Position numbers and translations under genes: made by a program. A DNA stretch of 62,786 bases, the filler included, from Candidatus Woesearchaeota archaeon (GTDB lineage Archaea > Nanobdellota > Nanobdellia > Woesearchaeales > GCA-2687795): assembly GCA_030753365.1 (NCBI GenBank). It is 6 parts of 6 records of this genome, joined end to end, with 100 filler letters (N's around TTAATTAATTAA, not from the genome) between each part and the next. Parts side by side here need not be neighbours in the genome. Positions count along the whole stretch, not along the records: positions 8,828 to 33,804 come from JASMCJ010000015.1; 5 more parts are not named here. The stretch is one strand, 5' to 3'. The first letter of the stretch is position 1, and each line of letters opens with the position of its first letter. The notes under the pieces are model-generated. The model ran no database searches, was not told where the DNA came from, and saw only the letters and a program-made list of their open reading frames with translations. Shown in pieces: positions 8,991 through 20,359 of the stretch.

Positions 8991-10085
8991 TTAAAACAAT
9001 TTAAACTTCCTTTTCTTGCTCTCCTTCTCAAAATCCTTAAGCAACTGCTTCTGCTTCTTTGTAACCTTCTCAGGCACCTTAACAATAACCTTAACATTCT
9101 CTGAGCCAGTCCCATACCCATTAATATGCGGAATACCTTTACTCTTCATCCTAAAAATCGTATTAGTCTGCGTACCTGCAGGAACCTTCAGCTTCGCCTT
9201 GCCCTTCAGTGTAGGAACCTCAATCTCATCCCCTAAAGCAGCCTGAACAAAAGAAACTGGAACATCAACATTAATATCATCTTCTTCTCTGCTAAACACA
9301 TCATGTTCCTTAACATGAAGTACAATATACAAATCTCCTTTAGGCGCGCCCTTCTCTCCTGCCTCACCTTCACTACCCATCCTCAACCTTGTGCCATTAT
9401 CAGTACCCTTTGGAATCTCCACTTCAATCTTTCTGGTCTCCTTAATCAATCCTGTGCCATCGCACTCTTCGCAATTCTCTTTAACATACTTCCCTTCACC
9501 CTGACACTTTGAGCAAGTTCCAGTCTGTTGAATCATACCAAACGGCGTTCTCATAGTCTTTCTCACAACACCGTTTCCATCGCACTCATGACATGTAACA
9601 ATATCAGAATCAGACTTTGCACCAGTACCGCCACACTTCTTGCAATGCTCCAGCCTTGGCACCTTAATCTCCTTTGTAGCTCCAAACGCAGCCTCTTCTA
9701 ATTTAATCTCCATATCATACCTTAAATCTGCCCCTGACATAGGCCCTCTCCTTCTTCTTCTGCCTCCTCCACCGCTAAAAAACTGATCAAAAATATCTCC
9801 AAAATCAAACGAGCTAAACCCTCCAAAATCATTAAAATCAAACCCTCCTGCTCCACCGCCAAACTGCCCTCTATCTGCAGTCCCAAATCTATCATACTGC
9901 TCCTTCTTCTGGTCATCTCCCAGCACAGAAGCAGCCTCATTAATCTCTTTAAACTTCTCAGCAGCATCAGCCTCCTTATTAATATCAGGATGATACTTCT
10001 TAGCCAGTTTCTTGTAAGCTTTCTTAATATCCTCTTTAGAAGCATCCTTCTCTAATCCTAATATATTATAGTAGTCCTTAGCCAT
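8991..10085 (-). CDS. dnaJ: Chaperone DnaJ
   Basis: HPD J-domain, G/F region, four CxxCxGxG. Confidence 0.97.
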   Translation of the reverse strand: MAKDYYNILGLEKDASKEDIKKAYKKLAKKYHPDINKEADAAEKFKEINEAASVLGDDQKKEQYDRFGTADRGQFGGGAGGFDFNDFGGFSSFDFGDIFDQFFSGGGGRRRRRGPMSGADLRYDMEIKLEEAAFGATKEIKVPRLEHCKKCGGTGAKSDSDIVTCHECDGNGVVRKTMRTPFGMIQQTGTCSKCQGEGKYVKENCEECDGTGLIKETRKIEVEIPKGTDNGTRLRMGSEGEAGEKGAPKGDLYIVLHVKEHDVFSREEDDINVDVPVSFVQAALGDEIEVPTLKGKAKLKVPAGTQTNTIFRMKSKGIPHINGYGTGSENVKVIVKVPEKVTKKQKQLLKDFEKESKKRKFKLF

Positions 10086-10124
10086 TTTATTTATTATTAT
10101 TTAAAATAAAATATAAAGAAGAAA

Positions 10125-12056
10125 TTACTTCTTCTTCTTCTCCTCATCTTCAACCTTGTAATCAGCATCCACAACCTTCTCATCCTTCTTCTTCTTAGTT
10201 GCTTCATCTCCTGCTGCACCAGCAGCTCCAGCTTCCTTCTGCTTCTTAGCCTGCTCTTCAGCAACCTTTTGATACATCTCAGTTGAAGCCTTCTGGACAA
10301 GCTTGTTAACCTCTTCCATCTTCTTCTTAACAGCTTCAACATCCTTCTTCTCAGGCTTCAAAAGCTCTTTCAGCTCCATCACTTTGCCCTTGATATCTTC
10401 AAGCTCTTTCTTCTTGACTTTTCCTTCAAAGTCTTTGAACAACTTCTCGCTTGAATACACCAAAGTATCCGCCTGATTAATGGTCTCAATCTCTTCCTTC
10501 CTCTTCTTATCCTCTTCCGCATGCTCCTCTGCTTCCTTCTTCATCCTCTCAACTTCTTCATCATCCAGCTTCTGTGAAGCAGTAATCTTAATAGACTGCT
10601 CCTTCCCAGTGCCAAGATCCTTAGCAGTAACATGCACAATGCCATTTGCATCAATATCAAAAGTAACCTCAATCTGAGGAACTCCTCTAGGTGCAGGCGG
10701 TATCCCTACCAGGTCAAACCTTCCAAGGCTCTTATTATCAGCCACCATTGACCTCTCACCCTGTAACACATTAATAGTCACAGCCGGCTGATTCTCCGCA
10801 GCAGTTGAAAACACCTGCGACTTTTTGGAAGGAATAGTAGTATTCCTCTCTATAAGCTTAGTAAACACTCCGCCAAGAGTTTCAATACCTAATGAAAGCG
10901 GTGTAACATCCAGTAACAGAATGTCTTTAACCTCTCCAGCCAGAACACCTGCCTGAATAGCAGCTCCCTGCGCAACACACTCCATAGGGTCAATCCCTCT
11001 CTCAGCTTTAGCTCCTATAAAATCTTCAACAAACTTGCTAACGCAAGGCATCCTTGTAGGCCCTCCCACAAGAATAATTCTGTTAATCTCCTTTGTATCA
11101 AGTTTAGCATCCTTAATAGCCTGTTCCAATGGGTGCTTGCACTTCTTGATTATATTCTCAACCAATTGCTCAAGCTTAGCCCTTGTAAACTTCATAGTAA
11201 GATGCTTAGGCCCTTCATCTGTTGCAGTAATAAACGGCAGGTTAATATCAGTCTCAAGAGTAGTGGAAAGCTCAATCTTCGCCTTCTCAGCAGCCTCTCT
11301 CAACCTCTGCATTGCAACACTATCCTTGCTCAGGTCAATACCTTCCTTATTCTTAAACTCATCCAGCAAGAAACCCACCAGCACTTCATCCATATCAGTG
11401 CCTCCAAGCTCTGTATCACCAGAAGTTGACTTAACCTCAAACACTCCATCGCCAAATTCCATAACAGTAACATCTAAAGTGCCTCCACCTAAATCAAACA
11501 CCAAAATTTTCTGTTCCTTCTCCTGCTTATCCATTCCGAAAGCAAGAGATGCCGCAGTAGGTTCATTAACAATCCTCACAACCTCTAAGCCTGCAATAGT
11601 ACCTGCATCCTTAGTAGCCTGCCTCTGGTTATCATCAAAATAAGCTGGCACAGTAATAACTGCCTTCTCAATCTTCTCTCCCACAAACTCTTCCGCATCC
11701 TTCTTAATCTTCTGAAGAATAAACGCAGAAATCTGTTGTGGAGTATACTCCTTATCATTAACCTTATACTTATGTTCTGTGCCCATCTTCCTCTTAGCAG
11801 CAGTAATAGTATTCTCTGGGTTAGAAACAGCCTGTCTTCTAGCCGGCTCTCCCACCAGCATCTGCCCTTCCTTAGTAAACGCCACAATAGATGGGAACGC
11901 CTTACCATACATAGAAGTCCCTTCAGCACTAGGAATAATAGTCGGCTTACCCGCTTGAAGAACAGCAGCAGCGCTATTGCTTGTACCTAAATCTATACCT
12001 ATAATCTTTTCCTTCTTTGAGTTGGTTTTCTTACTTGTTTTGTTTGTCATTTTCAT
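10125..12056 (-). CDS. dnaK: Chaperone DnaK
   Basis: [30 protein letters not shown]. Confidence 0.98.
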   Translation of the reverse strand: MKMTNKTSKKTNSKKEKIIGIDLGTSNSAAAVLQAGKPTIIPSAEGTSMYGKAFPSIVAFTKEGQMLVGEPARRQAVSNPENTITAAKRKMGTEHKYKVNDKEYTPQQISAFILQKIKKDAEEFVGEKIEKAVITVPAYFDDNQRQATKDAGTIAGLEVVRIVNEPTAASLAFGMDKQEKEQKILVFDLGGGTLDVTVMEFGDGVFEVKSTSGDTELGGTDMDEVLVGFLLDEFKNKEGIDLSKDSVAMQRLREAAEKAKIELSTTLETDINLPFITATDEGPKHLTMKFTRAKLEQLVENIIKKCKHPLEQAIKDAKLDTKEINRIILVGGPTRMPCVSKFVEDFIGAKAERGIDPMECVAQGAAIQAGVLAGEVKDILLLDVTPLSLGIETLGGVFTKLIERNTTIPSKKSQVFSTAAENQPAVTINVLQGERSMVADNKSLGRFDLVGIPPAPRGVPQIEVTFDIDANGIVHVTAKDLGTGKEQSIKITASQKLDDEEVERMKKEAEEHAEEDKKRKEEIETINQADTLVYSSEKLFKDFEGKVKKKELEDIKGKVMELKELLKPEKKDVEAVKKKMEEVNKLVQKASTEMYQKVAEEQAKKQKEAGAAGAAGDEATKKKKDEKVVDADYKVEDEEKKKK

Positions 12057-12429
12057 TTCCTCCGTTAAGGTTTTGTAGTTTCATTGTCTTGTTTCTCAAA
12101 TCTTCAACTCTTTTTTCTGTAAGTATCGGCTTCTCTTTCCTAAACACATTAGCATACGACACAACCTTCACAACCTCAAAAAACTTAGTAAGCTTATTCA
12201 GCTTAAAGTCATCATTCGGTTTAACAGCCCCCAATGCCTCATACACAGCATGGTCAGTTGTGATAAAATCATACTCACTCCCTTTGCACAAAATCAAAGT
12301 GTTAATCTTATCCTCTTCAGTGATAAGATACGCTAATATATTCTCTGACGAAAGCGTAATACTCTTCTTTCGCCTTATGTTATTACTATTATGATTATTT
12401 CCATTATCATCTTTAACGTATATTTTCAT
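12031..12429 (-). CDS. Hypothetical protein, possibly PIN-like
   Basis: Overlaps the dnaK start within the chaperone operon; [12 protein letters not shown]. Confidence 0.55.
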   Translation of the reverse strand: MKIYVKDDNGNNHNSNNIRRKKSITLSSENILAYLITEEDKINTLILCKGSEYDFITTDHAVYEALGAVKPNDDFKLNKLTKFFEVVKVVSYANVFRKEKPILTEKRVEDLRNKTMKLQNLNGGNENDKQNK

Positions 12430-12541
12430 TCTTCTTCACATCCTTTTAGTTGTGCGAATAAAACATCTCTTCGTAGGGGTGGGGCATTCGAATTGTGTAT
12501 CTATAGTGGGGAGGATAAAAGTATTTAGCGAAGCTAAATAC

Positions 12542-12895
12542 TCATCCCAAATAGCTTGGCGCTTTTATTTTATTATCATCAGCCTTATTTTTCTTCTTAT
12601 GCTTCTTCTCAAACTCCAGCAAAGCCTTAGGCTTCTCAATCTTGCCAAACTCCTTTTCATACTTTTCAATAACTCTTGACAACAGCTTATACACTTCCTT
12701 AGTATGATATGGGTCAAGCATTATTGTATTATGTTTAATTGAAATCATCGGCACTTCCTTAGTACTAATATCAGTCAAAGGTGTCACGCACTTAAAATCC
12801 AAAACAAACTGTGTAGGATTAAAATTAACCGACGTCTCATGAGCAAAAAATGGCTCTCTTGAGCTAACTCCAAAATTAACTTTCTTTTCTTCCAT
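12542..12895 (-). CDS. DUF3467-like protein
   Basis: FFAHETSV...QFVLDF...IMLDPYHTK...YEKEFGKI. Confidence 0.7.
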   Translation of the reverse strand: MEEKKVNFGVSSREPFFAHETSVNFNPTQFVLDFKCVTPLTDISTKEVPMISIKHNTIMLDPYHTKEVYKLLSRVIEKYEKEFGKIEKPKALLEFEKKHKKKNKADDNKIKAPSYLG

Positions 12896-12985
12896 TTTGA
12901 ATCCTCCACATATTCATAATAATAAAGAAGCAAACAGGCTTGGGAAAAAGAGGTGTATCAAAACCCAAACCTGCCCACATTCTTT

Positions 12986-13519
12986 TCACTTGATTATTTC
13001 ATAGTTAAGTATCTTCTTCAGCAATTTCTTATCAGGAACCAATTCCTCTAAACTTCCTCCCTGTATAGTATCATGCGTCTTAAGGTAAACTGCCCACTGT
13101 CTAATAGACTCTGGGTCATCTACATTAACAAAATGATTCAATGTAAACCACTGCTCAAGCATATCTCCATACTTATTGCAGCTGCTAATCACGCAATGCA
13201 ACGGCTTCTCCTCATGCAGCATGCACTTCTCCTCTTTATCAAGGAAAGCGCATGGCGAATAAACAGCTTCCGGCTTCTCTGCCTTCAACCTTAATAATTT
13301 AGTATTAAACTTCTCAAACTTCTCAGCATACTTATTCTCAAACTCTTCCTTAGTAATCCCTAAAAACTTTGAAACTCTTTGAACATCCTCATCAAGCAAA
13401 AACCCTCCACCGAAATGGCAGCAATGCGTACACTTATCGCAATTTGTCTTTGCAAACTCTTTAACCTTTTCCTTAGGTGTTAACTTAGTTATTGCAATAA
13501 ACGGTTTTTCTTCTTTCAT
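12986..13519 (-). CDS. YkgJ-family Zn/Fe-S cluster protein
   Basis: CDKCTHCC, CAFL...C.LH..KP.HC. Confidence 0.8.
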   Translation of the reverse strand: MKEEKPFIAITKLTPKEKVKEFAKTNCDKCTHCCHFGGGFLLDEDVQRVSKFLGITKEEFENKYAEKFEKFNTKLLRLKAEKPEAVYSPCAFLDKEEKCMLHEEKPLHCVISSCNKYGDMLEQWFTLNHFVNVDDPESIRQWAVYLKTHDTIQGGSLEELVPDKKLLKKILNYEIIK

Positions 13520-13534
13520 TATATCACCCTTTGC

Positions 13535-13993
13535 CTATTTTTTGCTAACTTTAACCTTAGTATGCCTTATAATCCTGTCATTAATCATATAACCCTTCTG
13601 CAACTCTTCAATAATAATACTCTCTTCCTTATCAGACTTCTCCTGAAGCAGCACTTCATGCTTATACGGGTCAAACTTCTTCCCTAAACTCTCAATATGC
13701 CTAACACCTTCCTGCTCGAACACAGAAAAAAGCTGCGCAAAAATCCGCTCAACACCCTTTGCAAACTCTTCCTTATTACACTTATTCTTTAATGCAAACT
13801 CAAAACTATCAAGCACAGGCAGTAAATTCTTAATAATCTCTTCCTTAGCATACTTAACAAACTCAACCCTTTCTTTCTCGCATCTTTTCTTATAATTCTC
13901 AAACTCTGCTTGAAGTCTTTGAAGGTTTTCTGTCAAATCCTTATCTTTTTCAGTTTTCTTTTCACTCTTTTCCTTACCTTTTTTCTTTTCCAT
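13535..13993 (-). CDS. grpE: Nucleotide exchange factor GrpE
   Basis: RLQAEFENYKKR, LLPVLDSF, FDPYKHE, QKGY. Confidence 0.95.
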   Translation of the reverse strand: MEKKKGKEKSEKKTEKDKDLTENLQRLQAEFENYKKRCEKERVEFVKYAKEEIIKNLLPVLDSFEFALKNKCNKEEFAKGVERIFAQLFSVFEQEGVRHIESLGKKFDPYKHEVLLQEKSDKEESIIIEELQKGYMINDRIIRHTKVKVSKK

Positions 13994-14120
13994 AGTGTTT
14001 CACTGATGTTTATCTTAAATCTTTTCCGTTGACTTAAACTCAACAGACTATAGAATTACGCCTATCATATATAAATCTTTCGGAAAAAGTTAATAAACTC
14101 CAAAGTTTTTCATACTTTTT

Positions 14121-14528
14121 ATGTTATTCAACCATCAAAGGATCACTATCATAAGTGTAAGGAAGCCCAAGTTTAAAAACATTAACCAGGACTTGCAATA
14201 TTTTGGAACCTCTTTAGGATTATTCAATCTAAGAGACAGAGACAAAAGCTGCTTCAGAATCTTCATAGAGCTCCTCAAATCTGCTAAATCAAAAAGGCCA
14301 GTATCAAGCGATGAGCTAGCCTACAAGCTGGATCTTAGCAGGGGCACAGTCATCCATCACATCAACAAGCTCATGGAAGCAGGAATAGTAATCAACGAAG
14401 GCAGGAAATACATGTTAAGAGTTGAAAACCTTAAAGACTTAATAGAAGAAATAGAAAAAGACCTCATGAGAACCTGTGAAACTTTAAAGAAAACCGCCAC
14501 AGAGATAGATGAGAGCCTGGGGTTATGA
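14121..14528 (+). CDS. ArsR-like winged-HTH regulator divergent from the chaperone operon
   Basis: SSDELA..LDLSRGTVIHHINKL. Confidence 0.8.
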   Translation: MLFNHQRITIISVRKPKFKNINQDLQYFGTSLGLFNLRDRDKSCFRIFIELLKSAKSKRPVSSDELAYKLDLSRGTVIHHINKLMEAGIVINEGRKYMLRVENLKDLIEEIEKDLMRTCETLKKTATEIDESLGL

Positions 14529-14592
14529 ATGTTCTATGCTCTTTCTAATTGGAATTAAAAACTATAGAATAGAACCTCGATAAATTCCTAAA

Positions 14593-14646
14593 TGGGGTTT
14601 ACCCCGCAGCTTGCTGCGGAGTGAGCGTAGCGAACGGTGGGTATTT
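14593..14646. repeat. Partial family A / REP-like hairpin
   Basis: ACCCCGCAGC-TT-GCTGCGG followed by GAGCGTAGCGAAC. Confidence 0.6.
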
Positions 14647-14680
14647 CATTTATAAAATAATATATATTCACTTATTGTTT

Positions 14681-15001
14681 ATGCCACCAGAAATTATATA
14701 TGATGGACCAAATAAGGGTATTTATAGGGACCATATGAGTTTTGGAGATTTTATAAAATCTATATTTCCAAGTGCTGAGAAAGGTATGCATGTGTCTGGA
14801 GGAAATTATAATGCTATTGATTTTATGTTACCTCAATATCTTGTGATGGTTGCTTTTAAAGCTAGAAGTCAATATATAGCTAGCAGTGAATGTATAACTA
14901 ACAGCAAACATATCCTTCCCACAAAAGCTGAAGTAAAATTATTAGGTAATGAATCTAAATTTGGTGAAGTTGAAAAGATAATTCTTGAGAAATCTAAATA
15001 A
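14681..15001 (+). CDS. Hypothetical protein
   Basis: ORF from ATG 14681. Confidence 0.55.
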   Translation: MPPEIIYDGPNKGIYRDHMSFGDFIKSIFPSAEKGMHVSGGNYNAIDFMLPQYLVMVAFKARSQYIASSECITNSKHILPTKAEVKLLGNESKFGEVEKIILEKSK

Positions 15002-15064
15002 TTACATTCTAAATAAGTGAATATTCCCAAAATCTTTATATACATAACCATATTCGCTCTATCT

Positions 15065-15397
15065 ATGGCAGACAAAATAACCAAAGACATGAAAATAGCA
15101 GACATAGTAGAAAAATGTCCAGACTCTGCTCAAATCATGATGGAACAAGGCATGCACTGCATAGGCTGCCATGTCTCAGCAGTTGAGACATTAGAACAAG
15201 GCGCAAAAGGCCATGGTATGAGCGATGAAGACATAGACAGCATGGTAGAAAAGATAAACACCATAGGTGAAAAGAAAACAGAAAGTTCAGAGCCAGAAAA
15301 AGAAGAAACCAAAGAAACCGAATTTGAAGAAGAAGAAACTGAAATCATAGAAGAACCTAAAAAAGGTTTTTTCAAAAGAATTCTTGACAAGTTATAG
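15065..15397 (+). CDS. DUF1858 (hybrid-cluster-associated disulfide) protein with acidic tail
   Basis: ITKDMKIADIV...GMHCIGC..SAVETLEQGA..HG. Confidence 0.85.
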   Translation: MADKITKDMKIADIVEKCPDSAQIMMEQGMHCIGCHVSAVETLEQGAKGHGMSDEDIDSMVEKINTIGEKKTESSEPEKEETKETEFEEEETEIIEEPKKGFFKRILDKL

Positions 15398-15409
15398 AAG
15401 TGCTTAACA

Positions 15410-16243
15410 ATGGATAAAACCCCCAGAAAAAAGAAAGAAAAGCTTGGTTTTATGGTTGCAGAATTTTTAAGTGCATATGATGCCTTTAATGATATTTATT
15501 CTGATTTTAAAGAGATAATTTCCTCTGGAAATTCTTTTGCAAGCCATAACTTTTATGGTAGGATAAGAACACTGGAAGAAGGACTTTTTTATCAGGTAAA
15601 AGACCTTGCGCATTCTCTTTTCAGGGAAGATAGTGATGGTAAAATTAAAAGACAATATGATGAAATGTACAAAGAATTGGAAAAACGTCTTTCATCAGGT
15701 GAACAGGAAAAAGTGCATTCTATTATATCAGATATAACCATTGAAGGAATAAAGGAAAGGCTTGACCAAACAATAGGACAAAGTTTTCATGAACTAATGA
15801 TATTAAGGGAAAATTTATACTTGCTTAAGGAATATGAGCCAAGATCTAAAGCAGAGCAGGGGCATTCAACAAAGATAGAAGATATTGCAAACAGAGAAAG
15901 TTACCAATTTTCTGAAGAGGAAGAAAAAGAGTTATCTTTTTTAATTGATTTGGATGCTCAGAATCAAGGAGAGATGAAAGAAGCAAAAATTGATGTAACA
16001 AAAGAAATGCATAATCTTAAAAACAACTTTGAAGGAATAACTAAACTTTTAAAACATTACATCCCAAGAATAAAAGATAAAACAACGCTTGATATACTCA
16101 GTAAAAATCTTGATATAATTAAAGAGAGAAATCTTTTCTTTGTCTTTAACTCCATAGGTTTCATAATCGGTGGAAAGAAGAGAATAGGCGCATATGGAAA
16201 AGAAAAAGCAGAAGAGTTTTATTCTCTAATAAACTCAGATTAA
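15410..16243 (+). CDS. Hypothetical helical protein
   Basis: 277-aa ORF in operon context. Confidence 0.65.
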   Translation: MDKTPRKKKEKLGFMVAEFLSAYDAFNDIYSDFKEIISSGNSFASHNFYGRIRTLEEGLFYQVKDLAHSLFREDSDGKIKRQYDEMYKELEKRLSSGEQEKVHSIISDITIEGIKERLDQTIGQSFHELMILRENLYLLKEYEPRSKAEQGHSTKIEDIANRESYQFSEEEEKELSFLIDLDAQNQGEMKEAKIDVTKEMHNLKNNFEGITKLLKHYIPRIKDKTTLDILSKNLDIIKERNLFFVFNSIGFIIGGKKRIGAYGKEKAEEFYSLINSD

Positions 16244-16244
16244 A

Positions 16245-17171
16245 ATGGAACAGCTTGCAACCCGTGACGGATTCGGAAACGCATTAACAAAATTAGGCGA
16301 AGACAAAAGAATCGTTGTTCTTGACGCAGACCTATCAGAATCAACAAGATCAAAGAAATTCAAAGACCTTTACCCTGACAGATTCTTCAACATGGGCGTC
16401 TCAGAGCAAGACATGATAGGCACTGCAGCCGGCCTTGCAATATCAGGTAAAGTCCCATTCGCATGCACATTCGCAGTATTTGCCACTGGCAGAGTCTATG
16501 ACCAAATAAGAGTCAGTGTAGCTTATTCTAATGCAAACGTCAAAATCATAGGAACACACGCAGGCCTATTAACAGGCGAAGACGGCGCATCACACCAGGC
16601 ACTAGAAGACGTTGCCTTAATGAGAGCACTGCCAAACATGACAGTCATCCAGCCAGCAGACGCTTTGGAAGCAGAAAAGGCTGTAGAAGCAATCATCAAA
16701 CATGAAGGCCCAGTCTATCTAAGGCTGGGAAGAGCCAAGATTCCAACAATAACATCTGAAAACCAAGAATTTGAAATCGGCAAAGGAACTGTATTAAAAG
16801 AAGGTTCTGACATAACAATCATCGCCTCAGGCATCATGGTCCATAAGGCATTAGAAGCAACAGAACTCTTAGAGCAAGAAAACATCAAAGCAAAAGTCAT
16901 CAACATCCACACCTTAAAGCCAATAGACAAAGAATTAATAATCAATTCTGCAAAGCAAACAAAAGCAATAATCACTGTAGAAGACCATTCAGTCATAGGC
17001 GGATTAGGAAGTGCTGTTGCAGAAGTACTCTCAGAAAACCATCCCACAAAGCTAAAACGAATCGGTGTACAGGACAAGTTCGGAGAATCAGGCAGTTCAG
17101 ATGAACTATACAAGAAATACAACATGGACGTTGAAGATATAGTCAAAGCTGCTAAGGAATTAAACAATTAA
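16245..17171 (+). CDS. Transketolase, C-terminal subunit
   Basis: DADLSEST, GVSEQDM, GEDGASHQ, EDHSVIGGLG. Confidence 0.93.
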   Translation: MEQLATRDGFGNALTKLGEDKRIVVLDADLSESTRSKKFKDLYPDRFFNMGVSEQDMIGTAAGLAISGKVPFACTFAVFATGRVYDQIRVSVAYSNANVKIIGTHAGLLTGEDGASHQALEDVALMRALPNMTVIQPADALEAEKAVEAIIKHEGPVYLRLGRAKIPTITSENQEFEIGKGTVLKEGSDITIIASGIMVHKALEATELLEQENIKAKVINIHTLKPIDKELIINSAKQTKAIITVEDHSVIGGLGSAVAEVLSENHPTKLKRIGVQDKFGESGSSDELYKKYNMDVEDIVKAAKELNN

Positions 17172-17797
17172 CTTTTTCTTTTAGGTATTACAAAGAACAT
17201 TCCAACAATCATCAACAGAACAGCAGTAATAACAGAATTCCTAAAAATCCTAAAGCTAATATCATAAAAAAACGCTTTAGGAAACAATCCAATCAGCATA
17301 GACTCAGAAGGAAACATCCAGTTCCCCTGCGGGAAAAAGATCAGATGAAAATTAGTAAACTGGCTAGAAAAATCAAACAACCATAACAACAATGAAACTC
17401 CTATAACAATTGACCCGCCAGCAATCAAACTAAACCCTAAATACTTTACTACCTTGTTTCTATTGGTTGTCTTTATCAATACTACTACTAATATCAAGAA
17501 TGAACCAACCAAAGAATAAAGCAAATAACTCCCTCTCTCAATCAACCTTTTCACATCCTTCATATGTAAAATCTCTTTCTCTTCAAAAAACTCTGAACTC
17601 AATTCTTTACCTTCAAAAAACACAAACACATTATCCAACACCTGCTCAGCTTCAGGCACCTTAGAATAAACATCATTCTTCCTAAACTGCTCAATATAAT
17701 AACTTTCATTAAACACCATAAAGTTGAAATTAACCAACAAAATAAGTAAAGCCAAATTAACAGATAACAATAACACCAATAAATGCTGCCTTTTCAT
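17168..17797 (-). CDS. DUF1461/TIGR01906-like membrane protein
   Basis: E..HM.DVK; F..FH.IFFPQGNWMF. Confidence 0.8.
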   Translation of the reverse strand: MKRQHLLVLLLSVNLALLILLVNFNFMVFNESYYIEQFRKNDVYSKVPEAEQVLDNVFVFFEGKELSSEFFEEKEILHMKDVKRLIERGSYLLYSLVGSFLILVVVLIKTTNRNKVVKYLGFSLIAGGSIVIGVSLLLWLFDFSSQFTNFHLIFFPQGNWMFPSESMLIGLFPKAFFYDISFRIFRNSVITAVLLMIVGMFFVIPKRKS

Positions 17798-19500
17798 TTC
17801 TTAAGCCACTTCCTCAACCCACTCAGGCTCAAACAATTAACAACATCTCTGCTAGAGCACCATGCTCTCCTTGCAACCCCTACTCCTAACTCCATAAAAT
17901 CTAAATGTTCCTTAGAATGAGAATCAGTCCCAATAATAAGTTTAACACCATATTCTTTAGCAGCCCTTGCATTAACATCATTCAAATCCAATCTATTAGG
18001 AAAAGCATTAATCTCCAATGCAACATTATTAGCTTTAGCAGCATCAAACACTCTCTCAAAATTAACAGCATAAGGCTTCCTCTTCTGCATCAACATCCCT
18101 GTAGGATGCCCAATAACATTAACATACGGATTCTCCATAGCCTTAACCATCCTGTCAGTCATCTCAGTCTCACTGCTCTTAAACCCTGAATGAACAGAAG
18201 CAATCACAAAGTCAAGCTTCTTAAGCACACTCTCCTTCAAAACAAGTTTTCCATTCTTATCAATATCCACCTCTGCTCCCTTCAGCAAAGTAATCTTTGA
18301 AAACTTCTTATTAACTTTATCAATCTCTTTCATCTGCCTCAGCAGCCTTCTCCCATCAAGCGGATGTGTAATCTTAACATTGCTCACATGGTCACTAATC
18401 CCTAAAAATTTATACCCCTTCTCAATACCTTTTCTCGCAATCTCTTCAATAGAATCACTGCCATCGCTCCACTTGGTATGCACATGCAAGTCTCCTTTAA
18501 CATCTTTAACCAGTTTAGGAAGTTTATAAGAAGCGGCTGCCTCAATCTCACCCTTGTCTTCTCTCAACTCAGGCTCAATAAAAGGCAAGCCTAACTTCTT
18601 ATATACATACACCTCTTTTTTCCCAGCAATCACTTTCCTGCCTTTAAACAGGCCGTACTCGCTGAGCTTAAATCCCTTCTTTATGGCAATCTTCCTCAAC
18701 TCTATATTATGCTCCTTAGAGCCAGTGAAGTACTGCATAGCAGAACCAAAAGCATCATTCTTAACAACCCTAATATCAACTTGCAAACCACCGCTTAACT
18801 TAACAGAAGCCTTTGTAGAACCCTTAGCCAAAACCTTCTTAACATCATCCATAGTAGTAAAAAACTTTATAACCTTCTCAGGTTTATTAGTAGAAACTAG
18901 TATATCAACATCATGCACAGTCTCCTTCATCCTCCTAATAGAACCAGCCAAGCCAATTTGCTTAACCTCAGGCAATTTCCTAATCTCTTCCTCAATATCT
19001 CTCGCAGCAGGCAGCACATGACCAAGAAGAAACCTACCTTTGCTGCCCTCCAAAGTCTTAATCCCTTCAAGAATCTCTCTTTCAGTCTTCTCTCCCAAAC
19101 CTTCAAGTTTTCTAATCTTATGCAGCTTAGCAGCCCTCTTCAAATCTTTAATATTCTTAACCTTCAGCTTCTCAAACAACAGCTTAGCAGTCCTTGGCCC
19201 AATCGCTGGAATGCTCATCATCTTCTCCAGTTCAATCGGAACCTTCTTCTTTAACTTCTTCAAATACTTCAGCTTTCCAGTCTTAATAATCTCTTCAATC
19301 TTTTTGGCTATATGCTCTCCAACACCAGGAACATCTTCAAGCTTGCCATTCCTATAAACATCCTCAATATCCTCAGACAAGTTTTCAATACTCTGCGCAG
19401 CCTTTCTATAAACATTAGGCTTCCATTGAATGCCTTGAATCTCCAGAATATCAGCAATCTCATAGAATATTCTAGCAATCTCAGAGTTCTTCATGCACAA
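17794..19500 (-). CDS. polX: DNA polymerase X with PHP domain
   Basis: HhH repeats, AGSIRR..ETVHDVD, YFTGSKEHN, DLHVHTKWSDG. Confidence 0.95.
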   Translation of the reverse strand: MCMKNSEIARIFYEIADILEIQGIQWKPNVYRKAAQSIENLSEDIEDVYRNGKLEDVPGVGEHIAKKIEEIIKTGKLKYLKKLKKKVPIELEKMMSIPAIGPRTAKLLFEKLKVKNIKDLKRAAKLHKIRKLEGLGEKTEREILEGIKTLEGSKGRFLLGHVLPAARDIEEEIRKLPEVKQIGLAGSIRRMKETVHDVDILVSTNKPEKVIKFFTTMDDVKKVLAKGSTKASVKLSGGLQVDIRVVKNDAFGSAMQYFTGSKEHNIELRKIAIKKGFKLSEYGLFKGRKVIAGKKEVYVYKKLGLPFIEPELREDKGEIEAAASYKLPKLVKDVKGDLHVHTKWSDGSDSIEEIARKGIEKGYKFLGISDHVSNVKITHPLDGRRLLRQMKEIDKVNKKFSKITLLKGAEVDIDKNGKLVLKESVLKKLDFVIASVHSGFKSSETEMTDRMVKAMENPYVNVIGHPTGMLMQKRKPYAVNFERVFDAAKANNVALEINAFPNRLDLNDVNARAAKEYGVKLIIGTDSHSKEHLDFMELGVGVARRAWCSSRDVVNCLSLSGLRKWLKK

Positions 19501-19595
19501 ATCTTTGGTTTAAAAGTTTATAAAATTATCTTTTAATGAAGAATCAGAAAATGATATCATAAAAGCCAGCGAAAATATCAACAAATTCAATCAAT

Positions 19596-20348
19596 TCAGA
19601 AGTATAAAAGTAAAGGAAAAAAGTCTTTTAACTCTTCTTCAGTCATAGGTGGGTTAGAACTATAATGATTTTCGCCTGTCTCAATAAAATTAGAAAAACG
19701 TTTTACTACAAACTCTTCAACTAATCCATTCTTTTTTTCTCCAGATAAAACCATTGCAATCCAATCGTTTGCATCATAAAGGCTATATATGATATTATCA
19801 GTAGCATGTTCCTCCTGATACACAATTCTATTGGTAAGATCATACTCCAGTTCTCTTTGGATACATTCTTCCATATCAAAGTCTCTATGACTTACAATAT
19901 AACCTTTCAACCAATCAACCTCTGCATATAATTCTTCTCCAGGGTATACAAAATTTAGACTGGGATTACCATTTTTTGGATTCAGTTTCAGGAAATATCC
20001 TAAAATTCCCATGAATTCTTCGGGAATGCTCCAACCATCCCATAGACTGTCCAATGCATGTGCAATTAATTCTCCATCTTCCAAATACTTTTCTTTATCA
20101 TCCCCTGAATGTTCATCATAAAGAATCTTAAAATTTACCAGACTATACAAATTAATTTCTAGGGGACTTCTAAGCATATCTTCAATACCATATCTTCTAA
20201 GAACTTGTTCACTTGTATTAGATATCTCATTAGGAGAATAATTATCCCATACTAATTCATGGAGAGCCCCATGGCCAACTGCTAACACATGCTCTTTAAA
20301 AGGATTCTCCTCAGAGTCTGATAAAGCATTAATGTCTAATACCATCAC
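19596..20348 (-). CDS. Acidic hypothetical protein
   Basis: 250-aa ORF. Confidence 0.6.
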   Translation of the reverse strand: MMVLDINALSDSEENPFKEHVLAVGHGALHELVWDNYSPNEISNTSEQVLRRYGIEDMLRSPLEINLYSLVNFKILYDEHSGDDKEKYLEDGELIAHALDSLWDGWSIPEEFMGILGYFLKLNPKNGNPSLNFVYPGEELYAEVDWLKGYIVSHRDFDMEECIQRELEYDLTNRIVYQEEHATDNIIYSLYDANDWIAMVLSGEKKNGLVEEFVVKRFSNFIETGENHYSSNPPMTEEELKDFFPLLLYF

Positions 20349-20359
20349 ATCATCACCAT

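Noticed and set aside
11035..11643. Long antisense ORFs over dnaK, smc, polX, ftsZ, pheS and others
   Set aside because: Shadow frames caused by biased codon usage of well-supported genes.
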